Notes: a model not told the origin generated them from the sequence alone. Shown: positions 19,889 to 29,991, counted from the stretch's first letter. The stretch: 64,000 nucleotides of DNA from an uncultured bacterium (GCA_963717435.1 OY970332.1:640001-704000); one strand, 5' to 3'. Numbers and translations: made by a program.

Positions 19889-20209
19889 ATGTTTAAGAAG
19901 AAAAAATTATTTTTATTTATATTAATGGCAGCGGTTTTCAGTATAAATTATCAACTTGTCGCGAACGAAGATACGTCTGAAGTTGAAGAATTTGATCAAG
20001 AATTGGAAGATATTACAGAATTGCGTATAAACCCTGATGTTAAATCTTTTGCAGAAGAGCACCCGGTTATATCTAAAATATTCGCAAATTATTATGTCAG
20101 AGAATATGGCATGAGAGCCCTAGACTTTGGGTCCTATTTAAAAGATTCAGCGACTTCAAGAATTCAAAGAATCTTCGGAAGCCTAAAAAGTATTTATTAT
20201 AGAGTATAA
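19889..20209 (+). CDS. Small hypothetical secreted protein
   Basis: Signal peptide, 106 aa. Confidence 0.65.
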   Translation: MFKKKKLFLFILMAAVFSINYQLVANEDTSEVEEFDQELEDITELRINPDVKSFAEEHPVISKIFANYYVREYGMRALDFGSYLKDSATSRIQRIFGSLKSIYYRV

Positions 20210-20218
20210 AAATAGGCT

Positions 20219-20968
20219 ATGAAAAATTTAAGCTCACACCAATTTGCTATACATGTACCCGGTTTGAGCCAGCTGGTTTCAAGCTCAGGTAAGTCTGACA
20301 AAATTAGCCTAAAAGACAAAAATTTGGTTCATAGGCTATTTTCTGTCTTAAGATTCGAGGCACAAGATAAATTAATTTTTTTTGATAGATTCAAGCACGC
20401 CTATGTAGAAATAATTTCTTGGTCCAAAAATGGCGAAATTATTCTTGATATTTTAGAACTTAAAGACAATCTAGTTTTAGCCCCCAAAATCACCTGGTTA
20501 TTACCTGTTTTAAAGCGCGTAGCACTTGAAGAAGCTATATATAGCTTGGGCGAAATTGGCGTAAATACTATACAGCTGGTGATAACTGAAAAATCCCAGC
20601 AATCTAGTTTTGACGCAAAACATATGGAGAGACTCAACTCTATAGTTATTTCTTCTGCCGAGCAGTCTAAAAATTTTAATTACCCAGAAATTATTCTGCC
20701 AGTTAAATTAAAAGATATTAAATTTCAGGAGAATAATACCCAAAAAGTTTATTTTGATCCTGAGGGCAGGTCAGCTCTCGAACTATTGGCGAAAAAAACT
20801 GACATAAGAGCCAGTGTTATAGCTATGTGTGGGCCAGAAGGGGATCTAACTCAGCAAGAGAAAGATTTATTAAAGTCAGTGGGGTTTGAGTTTTTTGGAC
20901 TTACAAAGACTGTTTTAAGAGCCAGCCAGGCGGTTGCCCTAGGCGCGGGGTTACTAAGACTTAATTAA
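20219..20968 (+). CDS. rsmE: 16S rRNA m3U1498 methyltransferase
   Basis: H...VLR, EIGV, SAEQS, GPEGD, VLRA. Confidence 0.9.
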   Translation: MKNLSSHQFAIHVPGLSQLVSSSGKSDKISLKDKNLVHRLFSVLRFEAQDKLIFFDRFKHAYVEIISWSKNGEIILDILELKDNLVLAPKITWLLPVLKRVALEEAIYSLGEIGVNTIQLVITEKSQQSSFDAKHMERLNSIVISSAEQSKNFNYPEIILPVKLKDIKFQENNTQKVYFDPEGRSALELLAKKTDIRASVIAMCGPEGDLTQQEKDLLKSVGFEFFGLTKTVLRASQAVALGAGLLRLN

Positions 20969-20974
20969 CAAGAC

Positions 20975-21631
20975 TTAGTTAACTTTGTATTCTTTAAGAT
21001 AGAGTGGCAATATTTTGTAGGTAAACTCTTTTCTATTATATTTTGCCAAACCAGCTTTTGATATATATTCTACGGGACATTCAAGAACGAAATTGGGTTC
21101 TATATGGGCTCTATCAGAAAGTTTTTCGATAATTAGATTTTTATAAAGTTCTGTGCCATTTCCGAAAAAATTAATAGTTTTATTTTCCAGTTTAAGTTTT
21201 TCCAGCAACTGCTCAATATTTTCAACTCCAATTTTTATAGTATTGTCTTTATTGATGGCAAAGTATACGTCCTGACCAAATGCATTTAAGAGCGCGATAT
21301 TAATATTAAATTGGGGGTTGCTACTATTTTTTACCAGTTCTTCTATAGAACAGACACTAACTAATGGTATTTTGCTTGAAAAAGATATGCCATTTGCTGT
21401 TGCTATTGTTGTTCTTAAGCTCGTAAATGGTGCCGGACCGGCATTAACAGCTATAAATTTTAGATCGCTAAGTTTTAGATTTTCAGATTTTAGCAGGCTG
21501 TCTATGGTAGGTATTAAATTTGAGCTTGCCAGTTTGTTTGCAACTTCAGTTTGTTGCAATATTTTCCCGTCTGATTCAAGTGAGATCTTGACGTCGTTGT
21601 ATCCCGTATGCAGAGTTAAAAAAAGTGTCAT
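20975..21631 (-). CDS. tsaB: t6A biosynthesis protein TsaB
   Basis: IAVNAGPAPFTSLR...ANG, C-terminal PLYLK; likely start 21631. Confidence 0.88.
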   Translation of the reverse strand: MTLFLTLHTGYNDVKISLESDGKILQQTEVANKLASSNLIPTIDSLLKSENLKLSDLKFIAVNAGPAPFTSLRTTIATANGISFSSKIPLVSVCSIEELVKNSSNPQFNINIALLNAFGQDVYFAINKDNTIKIGVENIEQLLEKLKLENKTINFFGNGTELYKNLIIEKLSDRAHIEPNFVLECPVEYISKAGLAKYNRKEFTYKILPLYLKEYKVN

Positions 21632-21641
21632 TGCCAGTTGC

Positions 21642-21824
21642 TTAGTTCTTATTGTTGTTAAATTTTTGCTGTTGATAGAAGATGCTAAATGCATCAAACT
21701 CTATGGTCTTCTCTTTTTTAACTATAATTTTACCACAATTCAGGCATTTCCAACCATCAAAATTTAAAAAATGGTCAAAAAATGATTGCAAGACCATTAG
21801 TCCTGAACATTTAGTACACTTCAT
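21642..21824 (-). CDS. 60-aa zinc-ribbon protein (CxxC...WxCxxCG)
   Basis: MKCTKCSGLMV...GWKCLNCGKII, strong GGGGAGG RBS. Confidence 0.8.
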   Translation of the reverse strand: MKCTKCSGLMVLQSFFDHFLNFDGWKCLNCGKIIVKKEKTIEFDAFSIFYQQQKFNNNKN

Positions 21825-21905
21825 ACTCGCCTCCCCTTTTTTTTAAAAGTGGGTTTCCTCTCTATTAGAACATAGAGTAGAAGTTTATTTCTTGTCAATA
21901 AAAGA

Positions 21906-22316
21906 TTAATTGTTTTTTTGATTTTGTAAAAATGACAAATATGAATCTAATATATAGGCTGCCGCACGCGCGTGAGACTTGAGCTTATCCTCTTTGCCAG
22001 AGCTTCTGCCCTCGCTTGCTCGCTTTGAACTGAGCCTCTCATCCCACAATATCCAGCCTGTTGATGGAAATTTTTTTTCTAGAGCCTCTTTTTGCTGAAC
22101 AACTTTTTTTGTCTGGTCGCTTTCTGTTCCACGCATTGTTTTGGGGTAGCCTACAACAACTGTTTCGATTTCTTCTTTTTTGAATAACTTTTCAAGATAG
22201 TTTTCAAGATCATAAGCTGCAGCTGTCTCGTATGGTCTTGCGAAGGTAAAACTTGGATCGGATATGGCAATCCCAACCCACTTGTCACCCAGATCTAAAG
22301 CCAATATTTTTTTCAT
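21906..22316 (-). CDS. ruvX: YqgF/RuvX family nuclease
   Basis: ILALDLG...GIAISD, VVGYP, WDERLSS; likely start 22316. Confidence 0.93.
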   Translation of the reverse strand: MKKILALDLGDKWVGIAISDPSFTFARPYETAAAYDLENYLEKLFKKEEIETVVVGYPKTMRGTESDQTKKVVQQKEALEKKFPSTGWILWDERLSSKRASEGRSSGKEDKLKSHARAAAYILDSYLSFLQNQKNN

Positions 22317-22430
22317 TTTGAGCCCTAACTTTAATTGATGGTCAAGTTTATAATACCCCGTTTTTTCTAACAATTGTATCTTAATTTTGGATTTTTTAAC
22401 TAAAAAGGGTCAAAAAAGGGTGAAATAGGG

Positions 22431-22460
22431 CCTGCCCTCCGGAGTCTTGGCGCAGGAGGG
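22431..22460 (+). repeat. Free-standing element B
   Basis: CCTG-CCCTCC-GGAGTCTTGGCGCA-GGAGGG (4+6+14+6). Confidence 0.75.
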
Positions 22461-22543
22461 GCTTTTTACAAGTTTAATTAGTCCGGCTATAATTATATAT
22501 ATGGGCGTAAAACAGGGGGTTTTGGGGCTCATTACAGTATAAA

Positions 22544-23650
22544 ATGGAGTTAAAAAACGTGTTTAAACATATTTATAAAAAATTACTATTTTCAGGTTTA
22601 ATTTTAACCTGTTCGGCTATAAATAGCCTGTCTTTTGGCCCAGTTCTGCCTTCTGCAAAAGAAGCTGTTAAAATGGGTTCGGATTTTGTTTTAGGTTCAG
22701 GGTCACTAAGTCCCGAAGATCAGGATATGGTTAAAGAACTTGCTATTAAATTACATATTAACCATGAAATATCTGTCCAATATATGAGCTTATTGCCCCA
22801 GTTCTGGTTCGGTGTAAAAAACGAGGGATTGGTTGCAGGTAAAACTATTTATGTGCCAAAAGACTTTTTAGACAGACTGACCCATGAAGAAAAAGAATTC
22901 TATTTTGCAGGCTTATTATTGCGAATGAAGCACAATGCTGGAATCCTTATGGGCAGTTTATCAGGCGCCGTAGATTCAACGGGTAACTTTGTTTCTAAGA
23001 AGTACTTGCCAAGATATGAGCCCGTGCCCCCTATAGAAAAAATTAAATCATCAAAAGACGAAGAAGACCCAGTTGATCCTGATACAGATGAAAATGAGAC
23101 GCTATTTGATTACAAAAAACAAGGGTATCTTATAAAGAAATTTTTATTTGATGTTATTTTAAAACATAGATCTGCCGTGTTACCACCAACATTTTGGAAA
23201 ATTATAGCGAGTATAATTTCCAACAAGGGCGGGAGAAATTTGCGCTTTAATATTTGGGATAGAGCTGAATATTATTTTACAAGCAAAATAATATTAGATG
23301 TGGATAAGAAAGTTATTATTGAGGCCGGGTGTAAACCAGAGGCAGGAATATCGCTTCTTGAAAAAATGATCAAATTGGATCTGGGATATTCATCTTGGAA
23401 GAAGCATTTGTTTGATTCGGACAGAATAATTCTGATCCTGGGAAAAGAAATTTTATTAGGTAGCGTTGTTGGTAGTCTCCTATCTAAGGCAAATAATTTA
23501 GTTTTTGGAAAAGCCGCTAAAGAGCAAGATCTCAGAGACTTTTCAAAAATCTATTGGCTATCTTTTATGGCTAACACAAGAACTTTTAGATTTTATTCAA
23601 AAGATAGAATTAAACAGTTGCAAGATTTGAAATCACAGAGTTTGAAGTAA
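22544..23650 (+). CDS. Secreted hypothetical protein, weakly M48-like without HEXXH
   Basis: Signal peptide; 'IYVPKDFLDRLTHEEKEFYFAGLLLRMKHN' and 'G.SLLEK...DRIKQL'. Confidence 0.55.
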   Translation: MELKNVFKHIYKKLLFSGLILTCSAINSLSFGPVLPSAKEAVKMGSDFVLGSGSLSPEDQDMVKELAIKLHINHEISVQYMSLLPQFWFGVKNEGLVAGKTIYVPKDFLDRLTHEEKEFYFAGLLLRMKHNAGILMGSLSGAVDSTGNFVSKKYLPRYEPVPPIEKIKSSKDEEDPVDPDTDENETLFDYKKQGYLIKKFLFDVILKHRSAVLPPTFWKIIASIISNKGGRNLRFNIWDRAEYYFTSKIILDVDKKVIIEAGCKPEAGISLLEKMIKLDLGYSSWKKHLFDSDRIILILGKEILLGSVVGSLLSKANNLVFGKAAKEQDLRDFSKIYWLSFMANTRTFRFYSKDRIKQLQDLKSQSLK

Positions 23651-23695
23651 CAAAATTTTGCTCTAAAATAAGCTAAGCTAGCTAAAATATAACGG

Positions 23696-23727
23696 GCGGG
23701 CAGGAATAAAATCTTGCCCGCTTTTTT
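23696..23727 (+). terminator. Intrinsic terminator
   Basis: GCGGGCAGGA...TCTTGCCCGC followed by TTTTTT. Confidence 0.82.
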
Positions 23728-23835
23728 GTTGCCAAATTTTTTTGTGGTCGTTATTTAATCTTGATGATATATTAATAACCTAATACTTAAACTTATTTTA
23801 AATTAAGACGGTTCCAGAGAATAAGGGCGTTTTTT

Positions 23836-25575
23836 ATGAATAACCAAAATAATAGTAGTAACAATAACAATAAAGATATAAAAGTCTTGCGCCATTCGGC
23901 GGCACATCTACTTGCCCATGCGGTTACGCAAATATTTCCTGAAACATTAATAACTATCGGTCCGGCAACGGACGAGGGTTTTTTCTTCGATTTTCTACCA
24001 AAAGAAACTTTTAAAGAAGAAGATCTTCCAAAAATAGAGGCCCGCATGCTTGAGCTTGCGAAGGCTGATTATAAAATTGAACATAAAGAGATATCCAAAG
24101 AAGAAGCTCGAAAAATTTACAAAAATAACCCGTTTAAATTAGAACTTATAGAGGGTATTCCGGGTGATACAGTCGGCATGTCTGTTCAAGGCGACTATTA
24201 TGATCTATGTCGCGGTGGGCATGTTAAATCTACTGGTGAACTAAAAAATATAAAGCTTTTATCTGTGGCGGGTTCTTATTGGCGCGCGGATAGAAAAAAT
24301 CAGGCGTTGCAACGAATAATCGGTACAGCTTTTTTTACTGAAAAAGAGTTGCAGGATTTTATTACTGCCCGTGAAGAAGCATTAAAATATGACCATAGAA
24401 GAATTGGCAAACAGCTAGATTTATTCTCTTTTCATGAAGAGGGTCCGGGTTTCCCATTTTTCCATCCTAAGGGTCAGGCTGTTATAAACAGACTAGTTTC
24501 TTTTATGCGCGAAATTCACAGAAAATATAATTACCAAGAGATAACAACCCCGACAATGCTGAGCGATGAGCTTTGGAAAAAATCTGGGCACTATGCTTTT
24601 TATAAGCAAAATATGTATTTTTCTTGTATAGACGAGAAAAGTTATGCAATCAAGCCCATGAACTGTCCAGGATCTATTTTAGTTTTTGATAACAGACCGA
24701 GATCTTACAGGGAATTGCCATTAAAGCTTGCAGAATTTGGACATGTTCATAGACATGAACTTTCTGGAGTTTTGCACGGGTTATTTAGAGTAAGGGCGTT
24801 TACTCAGGACGACGCGCATATTTATTGCACAGTTGCGCAAATAGAACAAGAAGTTACTTTATTACTGAAAATTATTATTAATTTATTAAAAACTTTCGAT
24901 TTCCAGGATATTCAGGTCGCAATATCAACCAAGCCCGATAACGCAATGGGCGGGGATGACTTGTGGAACAGTGCAACCAATGCATTAATAAATGCCCTTA
25001 ATGTTTACGGTCACCCATATACTATAAAAGAGGGTGAAGGCGCATTTTATGGTCCTAAAATAGAATTTGAAATACAAGATTCTATGGGGCGTAAATGGCA
25101 ATGTGGAACCATTCAAGTTGATTTTGTTCAGTCAATAAATTTTGATTTGGGTTATGTTGCACCAGGCGGACAAAAAGAGCGCCCTGTGATTATTCACCAG
25201 GCCATTTACGGTTCTTTGGAAAGATTTTTTGCAATAATTTTGGAGCATTATAAGGGCAAGTTGCCATTCTGGTTGGCTCCTGTTCAGATGAGAATTTTAA
25301 CAATAACAGATGAACAAAAAACTTATGCTCTTGAATTAAAACAAAAGTTATTTGATTTGGGTTACAGAGTAGAGATTGATAATTCTGGTGATCAAATAAA
25401 CAGTCAAATTAAAGCTGCGCAGCTTGATATGATACCGTTTATGATTATCTTAGGAAAAAAAGAAGTTGAGAATGGTACGGTCTCTGTAAGATATCTTGAC
25501 GGTAAGCAAGATATGGGAATATCTTTTGCGCAATTGGTTGAAAAAGCAAAAGTTTTAAATGAAAAAAGTGTGTAA
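23836..25575 (+). CDS. thrS: Threonine-tRNA ligase (no N-terminal TGS domain)
   Basis: RHSAAH, DLCRGGH, DHRRIG, KPMNCP, RVRAFTQDDAH, GAFYGPK. Confidence 0.98.
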   Translation: MNNQNNSSNNNNKDIKVLRHSAAHLLAHAVTQIFPETLITIGPATDEGFFFDFLPKETFKEEDLPKIEARMLELAKADYKIEHKEISKEEARKIYKNNPFKLELIEGIPGDTVGMSVQGDYYDLCRGGHVKSTGELKNIKLLSVAGSYWRADRKNQALQRIIGTAFFTEKELQDFITAREEALKYDHRRIGKQLDLFSFHEEGPGFPFFHPKGQAVINRLVSFMREIHRKYNYQEITTPTMLSDELWKKSGHYAFYKQNMYFSCIDEKSYAIKPMNCPGSILVFDNRPRSYRELPLKLAEFGHVHRHELSGVLHGLFRVRAFTQDDAHIYCTVAQIEQEVTLLLKIIINLLKTFDFQDIQVAISTKPDNAMGGDDLWNSATNALINALNVYGHPYTIKEGEGAFYGPKIEFEIQDSMGRKWQCGTIQVDFVQSINFDLGYVAPGGQKERPVIIHQAIYGSLERFFAIILEHYKGKLPFWLAPVQMRILTITDEQKTYALELKQKLFDLGYRVEIDNSGDQINSQIKAAQLDMIPFMIILGKKEVENGTVSVRYLDGKQDMGISFAQLVEKAKVLNEKSV

Positions 25576-25615
25576 TTTAATTTGTAATTTAATTTAGGAT
25601 AAAACAGGATAAACT

Positions 25616-26965
25616 ATGAATCTTATGAATATTAACGTCGACCAGATAGACAGGCTGATACAAGCAACCAACGACTTTTTGTGGGGTTGGCCATTAATAA
25701 TATTTTTTGTTGGAGCGGGTCTTGCTGCAACTTATATGCTAAATTTTGTTCAGATAAGATATTTTGTGGCAAGCTGGAAGCTATTATTGTTTCCTGAAAA
25801 AAAGAACACAAATGGTCATATGACACAAACTCAGGCTTTTATTAATGCGCTTAATACAAGTATTGGTAACGGTAGTTTGGCTGGTATGGCAGTTGCTGTG
25901 AGTCTTGGTGGTCCAGGTGCAGCATTTTGGATCTTTGTACTGGGTATTTTTAGTTTGGTTATTAGATATTGCGAAGTTACATTAAGCAATATGTTTCCTG
26001 GAGCAGTTGGCAAAGATGGCGTTCTTGGTGGACCAATGGTTTACCTACAAAAAGTTCCGGGCGGAAAAGCTCTTGCTTATGGTTACGCATTTTTCTGCTT
26101 GATGCTAAGCTTTTTCAGCGGCAACTCTATGCAATGTAACTCGGTTAGAATAGCACTTCAGCGCGTAGTTAATATCGACACGACAATTATAGCTTTGATT
26201 CTTTTTGCTTTTGTAATTTACGTTATGCTTGGTGGAGCAAAAAGAATCATATATTTGTCCGAGAGAATAGTGCCAATAAAAGTTGGTTTGTTTTTCTTGA
26301 GCGCGATAATAATTATTGCTTATAATTATGCAGGCATATTTGATGCGTTAAAATTAATTGTTACAAGTTCATTTGGCTATGAACCATTGGTTGGCGGTGC
26401 GATCGGATATTCTATGATCGAGGCTCTGCGCTACGGTGTTTCTATACCATTAAATGCAACGGAAGCGGGACTTGGTACGGCTGCAATATTGTTCGGTTCA
26501 ACCGGTAGCAAGAGCCCTGTTGAAGATGGCATAATGTCTATGGTATCAGCTTTTATTAGTAATTATCTTGTTTGCTTTGTCTTGGCGTTTAGTTTCGTTT
26601 TAACAGGAGTTTGGAACTCTGGGTTGCCAAGTATAGCGATCACCGTTGCTTCTTATGAAACAGTTTTCGGTGCTTTTGGCGGCATGATTGTAACATTCTT
26701 GTCCGTAGCATTTGGTATTGGTGTATTGGTTTCTTATGTATTTATTGCCCGTGAATGTTGGTCATTTTTGACAAAGGGCAGATGGCTAACGGCGTACGCT
26801 GTTACTTACTGCTTATTTGCACTTGGCGGTACAGTTCTGGAAGCAAAAGTTGTTTGGAACTTTATAAACGTTGTTAATGCGGGTCTTTTGGCAATTAATC
26901 TTTATGCGATTGTTATGTTGTTGCCTAAGATTGCAAAAGAGCTTAAGGCTTACGAGAATAAATAA
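25616..26965 (+). CDS. Na+/alanine-glycine symporter (AGCS family)
   Basis: IGNG.LAG.A.A...GGPGAAFW, GGPM.Y, EAGLGT. Confidence 0.9.
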   Translation: MNLMNINVDQIDRLIQATNDFLWGWPLIIFFVGAGLAATYMLNFVQIRYFVASWKLLLFPEKKNTNGHMTQTQAFINALNTSIGNGSLAGMAVAVSLGGPGAAFWIFVLGIFSLVIRYCEVTLSNMFPGAVGKDGVLGGPMVYLQKVPGGKALAYGYAFFCLMLSFFSGNSMQCNSVRIALQRVVNIDTTIIALILFAFVIYVMLGGAKRIIYLSERIVPIKVGLFFLSAIIIIAYNYAGIFDALKLIVTSSFGYEPLVGGAIGYSMIEALRYGVSIPLNATEAGLGTAAILFGSTGSKSPVEDGIMSMVSAFISNYLVCFVLAFSFVLTGVWNSGLPSIAITVASYETVFGAFGGMIVTFLSVAFGIGVLVSYVFIARECWSFLTKGRWLTAYAVTYCLFALGGTVLEAKVVWNFINVVNAGLLAINLYAIVMLLPKIAKELKAYENK

Positions 26966-26971
26966 CTAAAC

Positions 26972-28480
26972 ATGAAAAAAATATTTAAAGTTGCCTGTCA
27001 CACGGATAACGTGGGGGCAGGCACAACATTTGTTGCAATAAACGGAACAAAAGAAAACGGGAATATTTATATTCCCGTTGCTATTGAAAAGGGTGCCACA
27101 AAAATTGTTGTTGAATCTGGAAGTGAGATTCCTGAAAACATTCTTGAGTTAATTAAAAAATCTGGGGTTTTGTTTGAATTTGTAGAAAACTCTCGAAAAG
27201 CTTTGGCTGAAATCAGTGCCCGCGAATATAACTATCCTGCAAAAAAACTTAAAATTGTTGGTATTACGGGAACCAAAGGCAAAACGACAACAACTTTTTT
27301 AACGGAATTTATTTTAAGATCTTCTGGTTATAAAACTGCGCTATTGAGCACAGTTAAAAATATTATTCTGGGAGTAGAATATCCAACAAAACTAACCACT
27401 TGTCAGCCCGATTATCTTAATAATTTTTTACAAGAATGTGTTGATGCCGGTGTTGAAATTGTTGTTATGGAAGTCGCTGCTCAGGCATTTTCGCTTTATA
27501 GAGTTCATGGTATTGATTTTGAGATTGGCGTGTTTACCAATTTTAGCCAAGAACATGCAGAGTTTTACAGTTCAATGGACCAGTATTTTGCTGCAAAAGC
27601 GAAAATTATTGAGCATCTAAAGCCCGGCGCGCCATTAATAATTAACTCTGATGATTCTAAAGTTGCGACTTTAAAAAATAATTATAGTAACTGCTTTGAT
27701 TTTTCTTTAAGCCCCGATTCTTGTTCTAAACTATCTGCAAAAATAATTAAGTCTGATTTGTCCGGTTTGGAGTTGGAAATACTTGCTACCCCGATACATG
27801 CCAATTGTGTTGGATGTGATTGCGCATCTCGAGACCGCTCGTCCCGAGTATTTTTCGAAAGCGAAGCTGAGAAAAAAGTATCGAGGGATGGCGTCAAAAT
27901 AACCTCGCCGCTAGTTGGCAAATTTAACGCCCAAAATATTCTTGCAGCAACAAGTATATGTTTAAATTTAGGCTTAAATTTTGAGCAGATTAAATTGGGC
28001 ATAAAAAACTTTTCTCGCGTTTCAGGAAGACTTGAAAAATTTATTATAAAAAATGGCGCGACTGCGATTATCGACTACGCCCATAACCCAGCATCAATTG
28101 AGGCGGTTTTGTTGGCGCTAAGACCATTTTCAAAGCATTTGATAGTTCTTACAGGTGCCGGAGGTGATCGGGATAACACCAAGAGATCTGTAATGGGAAA
28201 AATATCTTCTGAAATAGCTGATATTTTAATTTTAACTTCTGATAATCCAAGATCTGAAGACCCAGAAAAAATTATAGATCAGATTATGCTTGGGGTTTCG
28301 CATGAAAATATTAAAAAAGTTTATCGTGAAACTGATCGTGAAAAAGCTATTAAACTAGCATATTCTCTTTCTGGCCCTGAAAGTACAATAGTTTTGCTTG
28401 GCAAGGGTCCTGATGAGTACCAGATTATTGGAAACACAACTTACCCATTTAGCGAGACAAAAATACTTGAGTCTTTGTAA
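26972..28480 (+). CDS. murE: UDP-MurNAc-tripeptide synthetase (mDAP-type DNPR) with an in-frame repeat-derived insertion
   Basis: GITGTKGKTT, MEV, DYAHNP, GGDRD, SDNPRSE. Confidence 0.95.
   Translation: MKKIFKVACHTDNVGAGTTFVAINGTKENGNIYIPVAIEKGATKIVVESGSEIPENILELIKKSGVLFEFVENSRKALAEISAREYNYPAKKLKIVGITGTKGKTTTTFLTEFILRSSGYKTALLSTVKNIILGVEYPTKLTTCQPDYLNNFLQECVDAGVEIVVMEVAAQAFSLYRVHGIDFEIGVFTNFSQEHAEFYSSMDQYFAAKAKIIEHLKPGAPLIINSDDSKVATLKNNYSNCFDFSLSPDSCSKLSAKIIKSDLSGLELEILATPIHANCVGCDCASRDRSSRVFFESEAEKKVSRDGVKITSPLVGKFNAQNILAATSICLNLGLNFEQIKLGIKNFSRVSGRLEKFIIKNGATAIIDYAHNPASIEAVLLALRPFSKHLIVLTGAGGDRDNTKRSVMGKISSEIADILILTSDNPRSEDPEKIIDQIMLGVSHENIKKVYRETDREKAIKLAYSLSGPESTIVLLGKGPDEYQIIGNTTYPFSETKILESL
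27789..27893 (+). repeat. Element A (27835-27893) preceded by a degenerate inverted copy (27789-27835) inside murE
   Basis: CCGCTCGTCCCGAGTA-TTTTTC...GAAAAAA-GTATCGAGGGATGGCG; the upstream stretch reverse-complements to GTCTCGAG...TGTATCGGGG. Confidence 0.82.
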
Positions 28481-28537
28481 ATAGGGTAACTGAAATTTAA
28501 ATTAAAATTCAATAGTTATTTAAATAGTTTTTTTATA

Positions 28538-28566
28538 TTGACACAGAGTTCAGACTAATTTAAATT
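28538..28566 (+). promoter_or_regulatory. Sigma70-like promoter
   Basis: TTGACA-17 nt-TAAATT. Confidence 0.65.
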
Positions 28567-28856
28567 CAATATTGAAGCTGGGCATTGTGTCCAGTAGAAA
28601 AATGGTTTAATTGGAGGTCTAATGGACGGTGTTAAAAGTGGGCTTTGTGCCAGCTTTTTTCTTGACCAACCAAGTTTTTCATTAAAAAATATAACTAGAG
28701 ATATAACTAGTGTGCACAAATTTTTGTGCACATATTTTTTTTCTTTATTTTTAAAAATTCGAGTTTTTAAAAAAATTATCAAAAAAAGCTTTATTTATTT
28801 GAGTTTTATTGTAGATTTTACTTTCTTAAAAAAACTTTTTAAACAGGAGTCGTTAT

Positions 28857-29909
28857 ATGGGATATAGGGACACAATTTCAAAACTTGGTTTTGCTTTAGT
28901 GTTTATATATTTGGTTTTTGATATTAAATTGGGGGGAATATTTCAATATTTTGATTCTTCTTACTTCAAGTTATTAGCCAGTTTTGTTCTTATATATTTT
29001 GGCCTATCGACAAGAAGAGATCCAGAACCCAGTCTTTCCCCAACGAGTTTAATTTCAGTTATTATGGGGGTTTTTGGCAAACAGTTCAATTCTGAGTCGG
29101 GCTACGATTTCTATTATTTTTCTCCGTCAAAAGTCTCAAATAGCTTAGAATATTCGTCGATAATATCGGGCATATTGGGACTCAAATTATTAGTAAGTAC
29201 ATATTGTGTAGACTTTTCTTGGTATCTAAAAACCATTTCTATTATGGGAATTTCTGAAGCTGTCTGCTTACTTTTAATATTTTTGGATTTTTATATATTC
29301 TTTCAGATTTTTGCAAAACTTAGACTTCATGATTTTTTGTACCAGGTGTATCATCTGCAGAATTCTGGCGGTGCTTGGACCAGTATGTATATCTGCCAAA
29401 TACAAAGTATTGGCTACGTATTAAGTCTTGTTGTATATGTGATAGAATTTTTGGAATCGATCTCACATGAATTTTTGGACATATTGTTTTTTTCTTGGGA
29501 CTCGATTTATCACAAACTTGGATTTGTTTTTGCGGCACAAAAGAAACTGCAACTTTTTGTTAGCGAAACAAAATTAGCGTTTAAATTAATAGTTTCTGAA
29601 ACTATTAAATCAGTAAGCTTGGTTATTAGTACTCTGAAAATATACAAATTTTCTACAGAGTATTCTTCTGTGTCCAGAGCAAAGTTAATAACGCAGCAAT
29701 ATAAAATTCAAAAATATTGCAATACAAATTTGCTAGATCTTAACTTTCTTATTATTAAAAAGTTACTTATTAATAATAAAGCTTTTAAGAAAAACTTTTC
29801 TGCTTCGGTAAGATTTTCTGATTTTAAGAAGTTGTTTTCGCATGATATTTTCGGTTCGGGAAATTCTTATTTATTTTCCAACAGTCTTGTGCCTGTATTG
29901 CGCTGCTGA
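28857..29909 (+). CDS. Hypothetical membrane protein
   Basis: 350-aa ORF, AGGAG RBS, several hydrophobic segments, no recognisable family. Confidence 0.55.
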   Translation: MGYRDTISKLGFALVFIYLVFDIKLGGIFQYFDSSYFKLLASFVLIYFGLSTRRDPEPSLSPTSLISVIMGVFGKQFNSESGYDFYYFSPSKVSNSLEYSSIISGILGLKLLVSTYCVDFSWYLKTISIMGISEAVCLLLIFLDFYIFFQIFAKLRLHDFLYQVYHLQNSGGAWTSMYICQIQSIGYVLSLVVYVIEFLESISHEFLDILFFSWDSIYHKLGFVFAAQKKLQLFVSETKLAFKLIVSETIKSVSLVISTLKIYKFSTEYSSVSRAKLITQQYKIQKYCNTNLLDLNFLIIKKLLINNKAFKKNFSASVRFSDFKKLFSHDIFGSGNSYLFSNSLVPVLRC

Positions 29910-29991
29910 TATTTTTGATTTTTTCTTCAACACATATAAGAATGTTAAATAATCTTAATTTTTTATATTTAACTGGAGAAGATAAATAATC

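Noticed and set aside
28711-28732. DnaA-box pair / oriC
   Set aside because: Only two mismatched boxes forming one palindrome, with no dnaA/dnaN context
28622-28867. 81-aa ORF with a GGAGG upstream
   Set aside because: Short RBS spacing and low-complexity F/K/I composition typical of AT-rich intergenic DNA; not called as CDS
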